The translations under genes and the position numbers were made by a program. The notes under the pieces were generated by a model. The model did no database searches, was not told where the DNA came from, and saw only the letters and a program-made list of their open reading frames with translations. Of a DNA stretch of 64,000 nt, positions 10,982 to 21,467 are shown one piece after another (positions within the stretch are counted from its first letter, which is position 1; every line of letters begins with the position of its first letter). The stretch comes from Bryobacterales bacterium (GTDB taxonomy: Bacteria; Acidobacteriota; Terriglobia; Bryobacterales; UBA6623). The stretch lies in contig OY729428.2 in the NCBI GenBank assembly GCA_963422375.2, positions 3,360,001 through 3,424,000 of the forward strand, read 5' to 3'.

Positions 10982-11608
10982 ATGAAGTCTTCCGGACGAT
11001 TGGACGTCATTCCTGACAGTAGAGACCGTCATACATTCAGAAGACGCTCGGTGAGGAGCTTAGTGCTATTCGCCGCGCTGGTTCTGCAAGCGACTCTGAG
11101 TCCACAAGATAGGCTATATAATGAGTGCAGGCCAGTTTTCCTAGATGTAACAGTTTAGGATGGCGAACTCCGCGGACTGGGAAATAGCGGAGAACAGTGG
11201 ACCGCCGACATGAAGTGGATTATCGCCGGTCGACTTCGCTCCACTGGCATCAAATCTGTACTCGATTTCACGGAGTCACATGCATCTTCTGCTGAAGGCT
11301 ACTTGGAGGTCTATATCCAATCCACAGATAATGAGGGAGGCAGCCTACTCGTTTGGGATTTGACCGTGGACTTCTGGGACAAAGCACTGGTTAGAAGGCC
11401 GTTAGGGTTCGGAGATAAATCCTTCACTGCATATGTTACGTTGTGGAGAGAGGGCACATTCGGTGCGTTGACTCGATCTAGCAGGACGGAACGGCTTCGC
11501 GACGGCCGGGATACTGTTCAATCAGCGGTCATGCGAGCCATTGATCAGTTCTCCGCAGCTTACAATCGATCTAACGCATCGTATTGCGATACAATGGAGT
11601 CAGAATGA
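10982..11608 (+). pseudogene. Secreted hypothetical protein interrupted by one in-frame TAG
   Basis: ORF ending 11158 (signal-like segment, LYNECRPV) continues in frame into ORF 11210..11608; lower GC; stop overlaps next ATG (ATGA). Confidence 0.55.
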
Positions 11609-12327
11609 TTTCCCATAGACAAAATAACATTGGTATCGGAGCACCGGTTCTGGCGACTTTCCGCATTGTTACGATTGCCTTGATGGCTCTCGTTCCCATC
11701 GCAGACGCAACCGACTGGACCGACCTGCTACGCAGTGGCCTCGACGACTGGCAGGTCCTAGGCGAGGGGCACTGGATCCAGCGCGGGGACGGCGTCGTGA
11801 TCGCCTACTTCGCGCACGACCGGCAGGACGAACTGAAGGGCGAGGATGACATCCCCCGGAATCGCTTCGTGTGGTGGAGCACGCGCCAGTCGTGGCTCTA
11901 CACGAAGCGGGAATTCGAGGAGTACGACTTGCACCTAGAATTCTGGGTCAGCACTCCCGGCAACAGCGGCGTCTCGATTCGCGACCCGTCGCAGGCGCGC
12001 TGCGGCATCGCCCGGAAGCCCGACTTCAATTGCACTCCGTCGAAGCAGGGCTACGAAATCCAGATCGACAGCAATTACACCGGCAGGTGGCCGACCGGCT
12101 CGATTTACGGGCTCGCTAGGGCGGCCGAGGGTCTCCACGTGCCGGGAGAGTGGAACCGCCTCAACATCGAGTCCCGCTCGGATTCCATCCGGGTCTTCGT
12201 CAACGGCGTTCTCGCATCGGAGCATGCGGGCGATCCCGAACGGCCATCGAAGGGACCTGTGGGCCTGCAGCTCCACGACGTGCATAGCTTCGTCATGTTC
12301 CGCAACATCTGGATCCTCGAGCGTTAG
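11605..12327 (+). CDS. DUF1080 (3-keto-disaccharide hydrolase-like) protein
   Basis: L.LEF, GNSGVSIR, GYEIQI, TGSIYG, GEWN, FVNG, GPVGLQLH, FRNIWI. Confidence 0.9.
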   Translation: MISHRQNNIGIGAPVLATFRIVTIALMALVPIADATDWTDLLRSGLDDWQVLGEGHWIQRGDGVVIAYFAHDRQDELKGEDDIPRNRFVWWSTRQSWLYTKREFEEYDLHLEFWVSTPGNSGVSIRDPSQARCGIARKPDFNCTPSKQGYEIQIDSNYTGRWPTGSIYGLARAAEGLHVPGEWNRLNIESRSDSIRVFVNGVLASEHAGDPERPSKGPVGLQLHDVHSFVMFRNIWILER

Positions 12328-12845
12328 CCTCCGTCCGCGGTTTCCGGAGTGACCTGAGAGCGGGTCCCGCGCGTATCCGCACGCCTCAGACCAGCGTAGG
12401 TTCGTCGCGCGGAGTCGGCTCGCGTCTCGAGCAACCCTCGCGGTGCGGGCGTATGCGGAGCACGCGACGATCAAGACCGCGCTCTCGACCTCATCCGTGC
12501 GAGAGCCGAGAAGGACAGTCTCCTGGGTCGCCCGAGGGCCAAAGTCGCGCCCGAGCCAAGCTGCAGCGGAACGCCCCTCCGTTTCCGAGAGCGTACGCTA
12601 GCGAGGCGACGCCTCAGGCCGACGAGGGCGGGGCGTACGCGACCGCGACGGCACGCGAGGGAATTCTCCATTGGCCCAACGGCCAGCTCGGCGAACTCGC
12701 GGACGAACCATACGAATAGGGGCCCCTGCATCCGCTGAAGCCCCAGCGCCGTGCCGCGCAAGTATTCTGTGTCATTCTGTGTTCGAGGCTCGTTGTTCTG
12801 CATCACCAACGGCGACCGCCCTTGCCTTGTTGCAAGCAATAGCTA

Positions 12846-13100
12846 GTGCTTGTGACAAAACCCCTGAATTCTGGCCCGATCAGCATTTCATACTACATCC
12901 TGAGGTCGAATGGAGCCGCAAACACAACATATAGCGCCCAAGGTCCGAAGTTGCTCAGCCGCCAATCGCGAAGATTTCCGCCCTCTACCCAGAATCGCCA
13001 GGATTTCGGCCTAGTCGTAGCATTCCAGCGAAATCTTCGCCTTGAGAGATTGCACCTAACGCCTTTTTTGTCAAGGGGATACGAGTTTTGTCACGGGCAC
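12846..13100. mobile_element. 255-bp MITE, copy 1
   Basis: Ends GTGCTTGTGACAAAA / TTTTGTCACGGGCAC; 6-bp flanking duplication TAGCTA; closely similar copy at 18763-19017. Confidence 0.9.
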
Positions 13101-13120
13101 TAGCTATGGGAGAAACAACA

Positions 13121-13423
13121 GTGAAGATAACCCTCACGTTGATCGCTGTCCTAGCGGTCATGCAGCCCTGCTCGTACGTGGAGTACTGCGAATTCGCAGG
13201 CTTGACAGGCATGAAGGACCACGGATTCAGGGACGGGGGCGCGGTCGGGTACAACACTACATGCCAAATCCGATTCTCAGTCACGTGCGATCACAAACAC
13301 CCTTCGTACTTGCAGGGGTACAACCGCGGCTACGATTACGGAGCGCGCTTGTGTCACATCGACGGCGGGCCGGACGCGTGGGACGACGGCACCCCAAGCC
13401 GGTGCCCGTCCACCTATCAATAG
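13121..13423 (+). CDS. Small secreted Cys-rich hypothetical protein
   Basis: GGAG then GTG start, hydrophobic N-terminus, G.VGYNTTC.IR and GYNRGYDYG motifs. Confidence 0.5.
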   Translation: MKITLTLIAVLAVMQPCSYVEYCEFAGLTGMKDHGFRDGGAVGYNTTCQIRFSVTCDHKHPSYLQGYNRGYDYGARLCHIDGGPDAWDDGTPSRCPSTYQ

Positions 13424-13485
13424 CGGAGGAACATCGTGGGACCCAAGCTTGACTCCGGTGTAAATCTTGCGCTTGGAGGAGCCGA

Positions 13486-15129
13486 CTAGGCACCATCCTT
13501 GGACACGCCCGCGCCGATGTCGACAAAGCGGACCTCCTGTCCCCGGCGAATGCGCGAGTGCTTCCGGAACTCGGGCCTTGGGCTCGGGAAGTCCGTGCGA
13601 TAGTGCCCTCCCCGGCTCTCCTCCCTCGCCAAGGCGCAGCGAGCCACGAGGCGAATCACCTGGTACATGTTGTCCGTCTCGAAACCCGGGCGGCTGCTGC
13701 GGGCGAGGCCCTTCTCAAACAGGGGAGACAGCAGGTCCAGCTGCTCGAGACCGGCCCGAAGGCCCTCCCCCGACCGAGTGATTCCCGCGTGACGCCACGC
13801 GATGTGGCGGAGGGTCGCTATCGCGTTCCCGGGCAGCGCACGCACGGGGCGGCGCCGTCGAACCCTAGGCTCGCGCAGCCGCGTGCCCGCTTCCCGTCGG
13901 ATGCTCTCCCCGGCCTTCGCCCCGAACACCAGCCCCTCCAGCAGCGAGTTGCTCGCGAGGCGGTTCGCGCCATGCACCCCGTTGCAGGCCGCCTCTCCGG
14001 CCGCATACAGGCGGGGCAGCGTCGTGGCTCCGTCGAATCCGGTCAGCACCCCGCCCATCGCGTAGTGGGCCGCGGGATGAACAGGCACGGGCTCGACCTC
14101 AAGGTCCACGCCGAATGCCAGGCAGGTGCGGTAGATGCGGGGGAAGCGCTGACGGACGAATCCGTCCGACAGGTGGGTGAGGTCTAGGTACACGGGGCCC
14201 CTGCGCAAGCGCGCGAGCTCGCTGACGATCGCGCGCGAGACAATATCGCGCGGCGCGAGATCCTCGCTCGGGTGGTAACGCGACATGAACCGCTGCATGT
14301 CTGCGTTCCGCAGGACGGCCCCTTCGCCTCTCAGCGCTTCCGACAGCAGGAACCTAGGCGCGCCTTCCAGGAAGAGCGCGGTCGGATGGAATTGGACCAT
14401 CTCGATATCGGCAATCACGGCGCCTGCGCGGTAGGCCAGCGCCACTCCGTCGCCGGTAGCGACGACTGGGTTGGTGGTCTCGCGGTACAGCCGGCCCAAG
14501 CCCCCCGTCGCGATTAGCACGGCCCTGGCGTACGCCGGAACGAGCGTCCGATCCTCCGCGTTCCAGGCGACCGCCCCGCAGACCTCGCCGTTCTCGACCA
14601 GCAGGTCGACCACCGAGGAGAAGCTGCGGAACGATATGGCTTCGATGGACTGCGCCTTGCGCAGCAGGGTGCGCGCGATCTCCCTTCCCGTGGAATCGCC
14701 GTCCGCGTGGAGGACTCGATTGACACTGTGCGCGCCTTCGATTGAAAACGTCAGCCTGCCGCCATCCGTGTCGAACTCGGCACCCCATTCGATCAGCCGC
14801 TGGATCCGCGTGGGGCCTGCCTCGGCTAAGACGCGCACGGCCTGCGGATTGCAGAGGCCCGCGCCAGCCACGAGCGTGTCCTGCTCGTGCAGGCGAACCT
14901 CGTCCTCGTCACTCAGCGCGACAGCGACCCCGCCTTGGGAATACTCGGTGGCGGATTCGGTCAGGCGATCCTTCGTCAGGACCAGGACGCGTCCGGCGGC
15001 GGCGGCCTCGATCGCCGCGCTCAGACCGGCCACCCCCGCGCCAATTACCAGAAAGTCGGTCTCCACGGGCGCGGGGCTGCGATCCGCCCGCCCCCGCCAC
15101 GGGTGATCCGCCGCGACGGGCCCCGACAC
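13486..15129 (-). CDS. nadB: L-aspartate oxidase
   Basis: GAGVAG, SQGG, EGAHS, QFHPT, LLSEALRGEGA, LAPRDIV, AHYAMGG, HGANRLASNSLLE, ESRGGHYR; true start may be GTG at 15066. Confidence 0.95.
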   Translation of the reverse strand: MSGPVAADHPWRGRADRSPAPVETDFLVIGAGVAGLSAAIEAAAAGRVLVLTKDRLTESATEYSQGGVAVALSDEDEVRLHEQDTLVAGAGLCNPQAVRVLAEAGPTRIQRLIEWGAEFDTDGGRLTFSIEGAHSVNRVLHADGDSTGREIARTLLRKAQSIEAISFRSFSSVVDLLVENGEVCGAVAWNAEDRTLVPAYARAVLIATGGLGRLYRETTNPVVATGDGVALAYRAGAVIADIEMVQFHPTALFLEGAPRFLLSEALRGEGAVLRNADMQRFMSRYHPSEDLAPRDIVSRAIVSELARLRRGPVYLDLTHLSDGFVRQRFPRIYRTCLAFGVDLEVEPVPVHPAAHYAMGGVLTGFDGATTLPRLYAAGEAACNGVHGANRLASNSLLEGLVFGAKAGESIRREAGTRLREPRVRRRRPVRALPGNAIATLRHIAWRHAGITRSGEGLRAGLEQLDLLSPLFEKGLARSSRPGFETDNMYQVIRLVARCALAREESRGGHYRTDFPSPRPEFRKHSRIRRGQEVRFVDIGAGVSKDGA

Positions 15130-15137
15130 AGACGCTC

Positions 15138-16259
15138 ATGGTACAAGAAGGGACTGTGCAGGTGGTGCGCGTCGAGACGAGCGCCGGGGAGTACGACGTC
15201 CGAATCGAAGCCGGCGCGCTGACCCGCACAGGCGATGCCGTTCGCGCCGTCCTAGGGTCACGCAGGCTGTTCGTCGTGGCCGATGCCGCGGTGTGGAGCT
15301 GCCTCGGAGACCGGGTCGCGGAGGGCCTGCGCGGCACCGACTGGACCCTGCTCGCGACACCGCTAGGCGAGCCCCGGAAGCGCCTGTCGACGGTCGAGGA
15401 GCTGTGCTCGGCCATGCACCGGGCCGGGGCGGACCGTCGCAGCGCCGTGGTCGCGTTTGGCGGAGGAGTGGCCGGAGACGTCGGCGGCTTCGTCGCGGCG
15501 AGCTACATGCGGGGCATCGACGTCGTCCAAGTGCCCACGACGCTGCTGGCGCAGGTGGACGCCTCGGTCGGCGGCAAGACGGGAGTCAACCTCGCCAACG
15601 GCAAGAACCTCGTCGGGGCATTCCACCAGCCGAGTCTGGTCGTGATCGACCCGGAGTCCCTGAACACGCTTCCGGAGCGCGAGTATCTAGCCGGCGTGCA
15701 GGAGGTGGTGAAGCACGGCGTAATCCGCAGCGAGGAGCTGTTCGCATTCATGGAAGGCGAGCGCAAGGCGGTCCTGCGGCGCGAGCGCTCGGCGGTCGAG
15801 TTCATGATCGAGGCCTCGGTGCGAATCAAGGCGGCTGTTGTGCGCTCCGACGAGCGCGAGAGCGGCCTGCGACGCGTGCTGAACTTCGGGCACACGCTGG
15901 GACACGCTCTCGAGGCCGAGACGGAATACAGCGTCCTGCTGCACGGCGAGGCCGTGGCGTTCGGAATGATCGCCGCCGCCCGCCTCTCGGAGCTGCGCGG
16001 TCGGCTCCGCCGGTCCGACCGGGAGCGCATCGAGAGTGTCGTGCTGTCATACGCCGCCCTACCCCACCTCGGCAGCCTGTCCGCTCGCCGCGTCGCCGCA
16101 CGCATCGCCGGCGACAAGAAGTCGGTCGGCGGGCGGGCCCGGTTCGTGCTGGCCGACGGCATCGGAAGGGTGAGCGAGGAGCTGGATCCTCCTGCGGAGC
16201 TGGTGATCGAGGCAACCGAGCACGCGGTCCGGACGTGCCGCGCGACGGCGCCCGTGTAG
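15138..16259 (+). CDS. aroB: 3-dehydroquinate synthase
   Basis: GGGVAGD, YMRGI, VPTTLLAQVDASVGGKT, KNLVGAFHQP, LNFGHTLGHALE, HGEAV. Confidence 0.96.
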   Translation: MVQEGTVQVVRVETSAGEYDVRIEAGALTRTGDAVRAVLGSRRLFVVADAAVWSCLGDRVAEGLRGTDWTLLATPLGEPRKRLSTVEELCSAMHRAGADRRSAVVAFGGGVAGDVGGFVAASYMRGIDVVQVPTTLLAQVDASVGGKTGVNLANGKNLVGAFHQPSLVVIDPESLNTLPEREYLAGVQEVVKHGVIRSEELFAFMEGERKAVLRRERSAVEFMIEASVRIKAAVVRSDERESGLRRVLNFGHTLGHALEAETEYSVLLHGEAVAFGMIAAARLSELRGRLRRSDRERIESVVLSYAALPHLGSLSARRVAARIAGDKKSVGGRARFVLADGIGRVSEELDPPAELVIEATEHAVRTCRATAPV

Positions 16260-16262
16260 ACC

Positions 16263-17039
16263 GTGGAGGCCGACCTGACGGCGCGAGGCGCCGAGCCCGC
16301 GGGAGTGGAGGCGGGAAACGAATCGGCGGCTGGCCGCGCGGTCCGGGAAATGTTCGCTCGCGTTGCTCCGCGCTACGACCTGCTCAATCACCTTCTCTCC
16401 GGCCAGGTCGACCGCTACTGGCGGTGGAGGCTGGTGCGAGCGGTGCGTCCCGTTCTGAGCAAGCCCGGCGTCAGGATCGCCGACGTTTGCTGCGGAACGG
16501 CCGACTTGGCCATCTCCCTGGCTAGGCAGCACGGTCGGCTCCTCGGTGACGCAGCATTGCCTGTCGTCGCAATGGACTTCTGCCGCCCCATGCTCAGCCG
16601 CGCGGCAAAGAAGGCGCGAAACTCAGGACTACTCGTCCCTCTCGTCGAGGCCGACGCCTCGAGAATGCCGCTGCCCGACCGCTGCTTGGACTTAATCGCA
16701 ATCGCGTACGGATTCCGGAACCTAGCCAGCTACCGAGGCGGCGCGAAGGAATTCGCCCGCCTGCTGGCGCCCGGCGGCTGCCTAGCCATTCTCGAGTTCT
16801 CGGAACCGACGTCCCGAGTCTGGGGAATGCTCTTCAACGCGTATTTCCGGCACCTGCTGCCACGGCTTGGCAACGTGATCTCCGGAAGCGGCGGGGCGTA
16901 TTCGTACCTGCTGGATTCCGTGCAGCGGTTCCCCCCGCCCGACGAGATTTGCCGCCTGCTGCTCGACGCGGGCTTCGCACGCGTGGAAACACTCTCCCTC
17001 ACCGGCGGCGTCAGCATGCTGTATCTTGCTTACTTATAG
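16263..17039 (+). CDS. ubiE: Ubiquinone/menaquinone biosynthesis C-methyltransferase (UbiE/MenG)
   Basis: MFARVAPRYDLLNHLLS, DVCCGTAD, GFRN, LEFS.P, AYSYL. Confidence 0.92.
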   Translation: MEADLTARGAEPAGVEAGNESAAGRAVREMFARVAPRYDLLNHLLSGQVDRYWRWRLVRAVRPVLSKPGVRIADVCCGTADLAISLARQHGRLLGDAALPVVAMDFCRPMLSRAAKKARNSGLLVPLVEADASRMPLPDRCLDLIAIAYGFRNLASYRGGAKEFARLLAPGGCLAILEFSEPTSRVWGMLFNAYFRHLLPRLGNVISGSGGAYSYLLDSVQRFPPPDEICRLLLDAGFARVETLSLTGGVSMLYLAYL

Positions 17040-17081
17040 GCGCGAGCGCCTTCGGGCCGCCCCCGCGCACGCCACCGGGAG

Positions 17082-17777
17082 GTGCGATTGATGGACGAGA
17101 AGTTGACGGATTCCGAGTGGTTCTTCTGGGTACGGCTTGGCATCAAGGTCGCCGTGGTATTCGGCGCGCTTTACGTCGGCTACCACTTCTACGAGCGCAA
17201 CCGCATCGCCAGCATGGGTCACGAGCCGCAGGTAAAGAAGGTCAAGCTGCCCGAGGACGTGTTCGCATTCGTGCCGAAGTCGTACGCCACCGATCTCGAG
17301 TCAGCCCGGCGCAAGCTCGTGGGCAAGCCGCTGTGGGTCAAGGAGGGCTACCGCTGGAGCTACCAGCCGGGCAACCGCCTGTTCCGGCCGATCGAGAGAA
17401 TCGTCCCGACCGCATTCGAGGTGCGCGGAGGCGACGCCGTGGTGATCTTCAAGAAAGACGGGAGGGAAGCTACGTTCGCGATCGGCTCGCCGGAGCGGTT
17501 GTACGTTGACGAGATATTCTTCGTGAAGGCCCCCCGCGAGATATACAGCCACTGGACCGAGAGCATGTGGGACGCGGCCAAGAGCGGCCAAGTGGCACTC
17601 GGCATGACGGAAATCCAAGTGGGGTTCGCTCTCGGCGTCGGGGAGGTGGCCCGCCAGTCTCCGGGAGGAGCCACCCGGATCGTGGACTACAGGCAGTGTC
17701 GAGAGGCCGGTTTGCAGCCGGTCCGCGTCACGTACCGACACCATGTCGCCACCGCCATCGAGCCACTAGCCCTATAG
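17082..17777 (+). CDS. Hypothetical membrane-anchored protein
   Basis: 231 aa, single N-terminal TM, GGAGG upstream, GC3-rich codon usage. Confidence 0.75.
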   Translation: MRLMDEKLTDSEWFFWVRLGIKVAVVFGALYVGYHFYERNRIASMGHEPQVKKVKLPEDVFAFVPKSYATDLESARRKLVGKPLWVKEGYRWSYQPGNRLFRPIERIVPTAFEVRGGDAVVIFKKDGREATFAIGSPERLYVDEIFFVKAPREIYSHWTESMWDAAKSGQVALGMTEIQVGFALGVGEVARQSPGGATRIVDYRQCREAGLQPVRVTYRHHVATAIEPLAL

Positions 17778-18762
17778 ACCCCTCCTAGGCAAGTCGGCCG
17801 GCTCTGCCTGGGAGACAATTCCGCTTGGCAGGCCGCCATGACCGGCATCGAAGGGATACTTCGGCGCCATGACAGACGGAGCGGATTGCTTCGAACCGAC
17901 CTCATTTGCCGGTACGCGACCGTCTGCCGTTCGCTTGAAGTGCGGCTTGGACGGACAACCGCCCGCTGGCGGTGTGCAGTGGGCTCTCCTTGGTCGGACG
18001 CTGGAAGCCATCACAGCTCGTCTCGCATGCAATCGGTCCAAGTTGATTCTTGGCAGGTGTCGCTTGATGAGGAGCGCAATTCTGGGTATCGAGAGCAGAT
18101 CCTTCGCTGCTCTGGCCCGGCATTCTACGCAGTAACGGCCGCCGCTTGCGCGAGAATCTCCGACACGTCGGTCGCCTAGGACGGGTGCCATCCAAGACAA
18201 GGCACTGTGCTTGCATGACGGAAACAAATGTCGCGAGCCGAGGTCTCTCTGCAGCCAGCGAACGAAGTCACGGGCACGGAAGCAGACAAGTGCAAGTCAC
18301 GATCGGAATGCATCCACGCGGTCGCTCGGAGAGGCTCTCGCCGTGTCCTTCAGGCCGACAGGATCGGACGATGCCAACGGTCGCAATCCCTGACCCCGCA
18401 TCTACAATGCCCGCATTCCAAGAGCTGGCGGTCAGTTCGGAGTGCATCTGGTTGCCCACGGCAGGCCCGAAGCGCTCTCGTCACCCGCACAAGAGAGCAA
18501 TCGACGGTCCGGGCTACGATTGTTCCGAAACTTGCCCTGCTGACCAGTGCCGATGGGGCGCTCGATTGCGAACCCCCGAGAAGAGACTCGCAACACGCAT
18601 CTAACCCTTCTCCTCGACTGCTATGGCGGCATCTCGCCAGCTGCCGAACGGCGGTCGTCTACCGAGGCGATTGACATCACCGTAATCCACGATGCGACCG
18701 CCGGGCCGATTCCGATTCTCCTCGGGGCCAAGATCGGACCCTCTTTCGAAGGGAATTATATA

Positions 18763-19017
18763 GTGCTTGTGACAAAACCCCTGAATTCTGGCCCGATCAG
18801 GATTTCATACTACATCCTGAAGTCGGATGGATCTCCAAACACAACATATAGGGCCCAAGGTCGGAAGTTGCTCAGACGCCAATCGCGAAGATTTCCGCGC
18901 TCTACCCAGAATCGCCAGGATTTCGGATTAGTCGTAGCATTCCAGCGAAATCTTCGTTTTGAGAGATTGGACCTAACGCCTTTGTTGTCAAGGGGATACG
19001 AGTTTTGTCACGGGCAC
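18763..19017. mobile_element. 255-bp MITE, copy 2
   Basis: Same ends and length as 12846-13100; 6-bp flanking duplication TATATA. Confidence 0.9.
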
Positions 19018-19441
19018 TATATATCTGAGTGCCAACAACGCCATGGTCCGACTAGAACTGCTGTGAGCAGGGAGGTGGGTGTCGAGCTGGGGTCATTCGA
19101 GTGCGGCCGCGGCGGGCACAGAGGGGTGGGGTGTGGGATCGTATCTGAATCGAGCCTGCCAGCGGATTGGACGAGGAAGGGACTAGAGAGGCCGCCTCGC
19201 ATGCCCCGGTGGAACCCGGTTGGCGGTGGCAGGGCACGCCTTGCAAGCCGCTTGCAGGCCCTGCGAGGGCCGAAGACAGCGGATCCCCGGCGCTCGACGG
19301 CCTGCATGGACGGTCCGGGCCGGACCGGGGTCGCGCCGGGGCATGCCGGATCCGGTGCGCCCCTCGTACCGAGCGTGCAGCCCACCGAGCGTGAAGCGCG
19401 CGCCCGCAGCGGGCTGCCGCGCTCAGCGCGGCGGGCGCCGC

Positions 19442-20359
19442 TCAGGCCGCGACCGCGGCCTTGCCGGTCAGCTGCCGGTAGGTCAGCGTCCGGCCGACCA
19501 GGCCCCGCGCCATGCGCCGCATCCGTTCCGCCGTGTCGCAGTCGCGGTCGTTGCACCGTCCCGCGAACTCCGTCAGGTAGCGGCCGAGATGACGGACGCT
19601 CATCCGGTGATAGGTGCCGTACAGGCCGCGCTTGAACAGGGACCAAAACGATTCGATGCCGTTCGCATGCGCTGCCCCGCGCACGTACTCGCCGCCGGAG
19701 TGCCTGACGGCTTCGTGCGCGAACTCCGCCATGCCGGCGCAGGCCGCCGCCTCGTCGGAGCGGACCTGCGCCCCCGGCGCGACGCGGGCGCGCGCGAAGC
19801 CCTGCAGGTCGCCCTTGGCGGTGCCCGCCAGCGGCCGCGCGGCCACTGCGTTCGTGGCGCGGGCCTTCTTGCTCTCGTGCTTGTTGCGTTCCTTGCCGCC
19901 GACGTAGGTCTCGTCCACCTCCACCGGGCCGGCGAACAGCCCCTGATCCCGCTCCCGGCACGCGCGGATGCGGTGCGCCAGGTGCCAGGCCGACTTCCGG
20001 CTGATTCCCAGGTCGCGGTGCAGCTTCATGCTCGAGACACCCTTGATGCCGGTGGTCAGCAGGAACAGGGCCACGGCCCGGGTGCGGTAGCCGAGCTTGG
20101 TGTCGGCCATCACGCTGCCGGTGCGCACCGAAAAGCGCCTGCCGCAGCCGCGGCAACGGTACGGCATCGAAGGGTGGGCCGCGCCGGACTGCACGCTGGA
20201 GCCGCGGCAGCGGGGGCATACCGGACCGTCGGGCCAGCGCATGGAGGCGAACCACTTTTCCGCGGATTCGTCATCGCGGAACATGGCGATCACGTCAATC
20301 AAAGTGATGCCTTTACGAAACCACTTCCCGGGACCTTTCTGCTTCATAGACGACCTCAT
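19442..20359 (-). CDS. IS1595-family transposase with a 17-aa in-frame internal deletion (probably defective)
   Basis: Zn ribbon CPRC/CRGC, VEVDETYVGG, NGIESFWS; lacks GRGPVGKTPVAGARDRA present in copy 2. Confidence 0.85.
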   Translation of the reverse strand: MRSSMKQKGPGKWFRKGITLIDVIAMFRDDESAEKWFASMRWPDGPVCPRCRGSSVQSGAAHPSMPYRCRGCGRRFSVRTGSVMADTKLGYRTRAVALFLLTTGIKGVSSMKLHRDLGISRKSAWHLAHRIRACRERDQGLFAGPVEVDETYVGGKERNKHESKKARATNAVAARPLAGTAKGDLQGFARARVAPGAQVRSDEAAACAGMAEFAHEAVRHSGGEYVRGAAHANGIESFWSLFKRGLYGTYHRMSVRHLGRYLTEFAGRCNDRDCDTAERMRRMARGLVGRTLTYRQLTGKAAVAA

Positions 20360-20796
20360 ATATTGGAACTATTCTATCAAAATACTCCACCAACTTTCAA
20401 CAGATCTCCGGAAGAAATATGAAATTAATTTATGGACTGATAATTTGCAAAATCGGTTGCCTCGGCACTCAGATATATAATTCCCATCGAATACGCGATG
20501 AGAGTCAGAATCGTCTTCGAAGAGTCGAACGCAGTACATGTCTGCTTGCCAACCATCCCAGCATATACCATGAGGGGCTTAGCATGCAGACGGAAGTACT
20601 CTCAGTGCATCGGTGAATGCTGCATGTAGTTCAAGTGAGCTTGGCCAACTTCCGAGTCCCCGTGTCGGTAACTGAAATTCAGGTCACCCTGCCGGCAGGC
20701 CCGCCAGCAGGCGGGGCCGTTCTCTTGGCACCCACGGTGAGCGGGCGGCCCCAACCCATGGCCCTGACATCCAGCGCAGCACCGCCATTCCGCCGC

Positions 20797-21048
20797 TCAG
20801 ACGAAGTCCCGAAGCATGCCATTGAGGTGGCCGTGCCCTTCGCGATCGCGGAGGCATCGGGCCGGGTCGCCGTTTTCGGTCAGGTCTTCGCCGTCAACGC
20901 CCGGAGTTCGACAGGGCTTCCGGTCGCGCGAACCGTGCCGGGCGTGCAACAGCTTGCGCGACACGGCTACGATGGCTCGCTTGCGGGCGATTCGCCCGGC
21001 GAACTGGCGGTGGATGCCCTGGCACGGTGGCCATTTGGCGCGGGACAC
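20797..21048 (-). pseudogene. Possible IS110-family transposase C-terminal remnant
   Basis: RKRAIVAVSRKLLH resembles the IS110 C-terminal K.A..A.ARKL motif; short match only. Confidence 0.4.
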
Positions 21049-21467
21049 ACCGGGGGCAGGATTCGATCTACGGAATTTGGAGTGAGTTCCACTCTTCTAC
21101 AATGCATTCGGAACTCAATCTGCCAGACCTTGCCTGGGCCATACCCGGGTGACAGATGTGCCGAACGATACCCAATCACCTACATGATGTGGATCCAGTG
21201 ACTCGTTCACACGTGCGCGCTGCGAAAGGAGTGCGACGTGCCTAAGGGAGGAGAGTGCCGCCGACGCGGCATTCAGGTACGCTCCTCGGTAGGTGGGGCT
21301 GGCCGTGGCGCGGCTAGTGGAGAGACTGGATCACGGATGCAACGGGCGGTGTCGGCAGGGAGGCGAGGGCCTCGACCGGCAAATCCTCGCAGACCGTGCC
21401 CAGCGGTTCTAGATTTGGCCATCAATGTGGTGGGCGAACTGTTGTCTAGGAGGATGGGGTGAACAAG

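Larger units (their letters stand above)
18751..20485 (-). mobile_element. IS1595-family element, copy 1 (one terminal IR interrupted by the MITE)
   Basis: TCGGCACTCAGATATATAATTCCC at 20462-20485; the other IR is split as GGGAATTATATA (18751) ... TATATATCTGAGTGCC (19018); homologous to 38497-40022. Confidence 0.9.

Noticed and set aside
18547..19635. 362-aa ORF
   Set aside because: Chimeric read-through of flank, MITE and the IS1595 antisense strand
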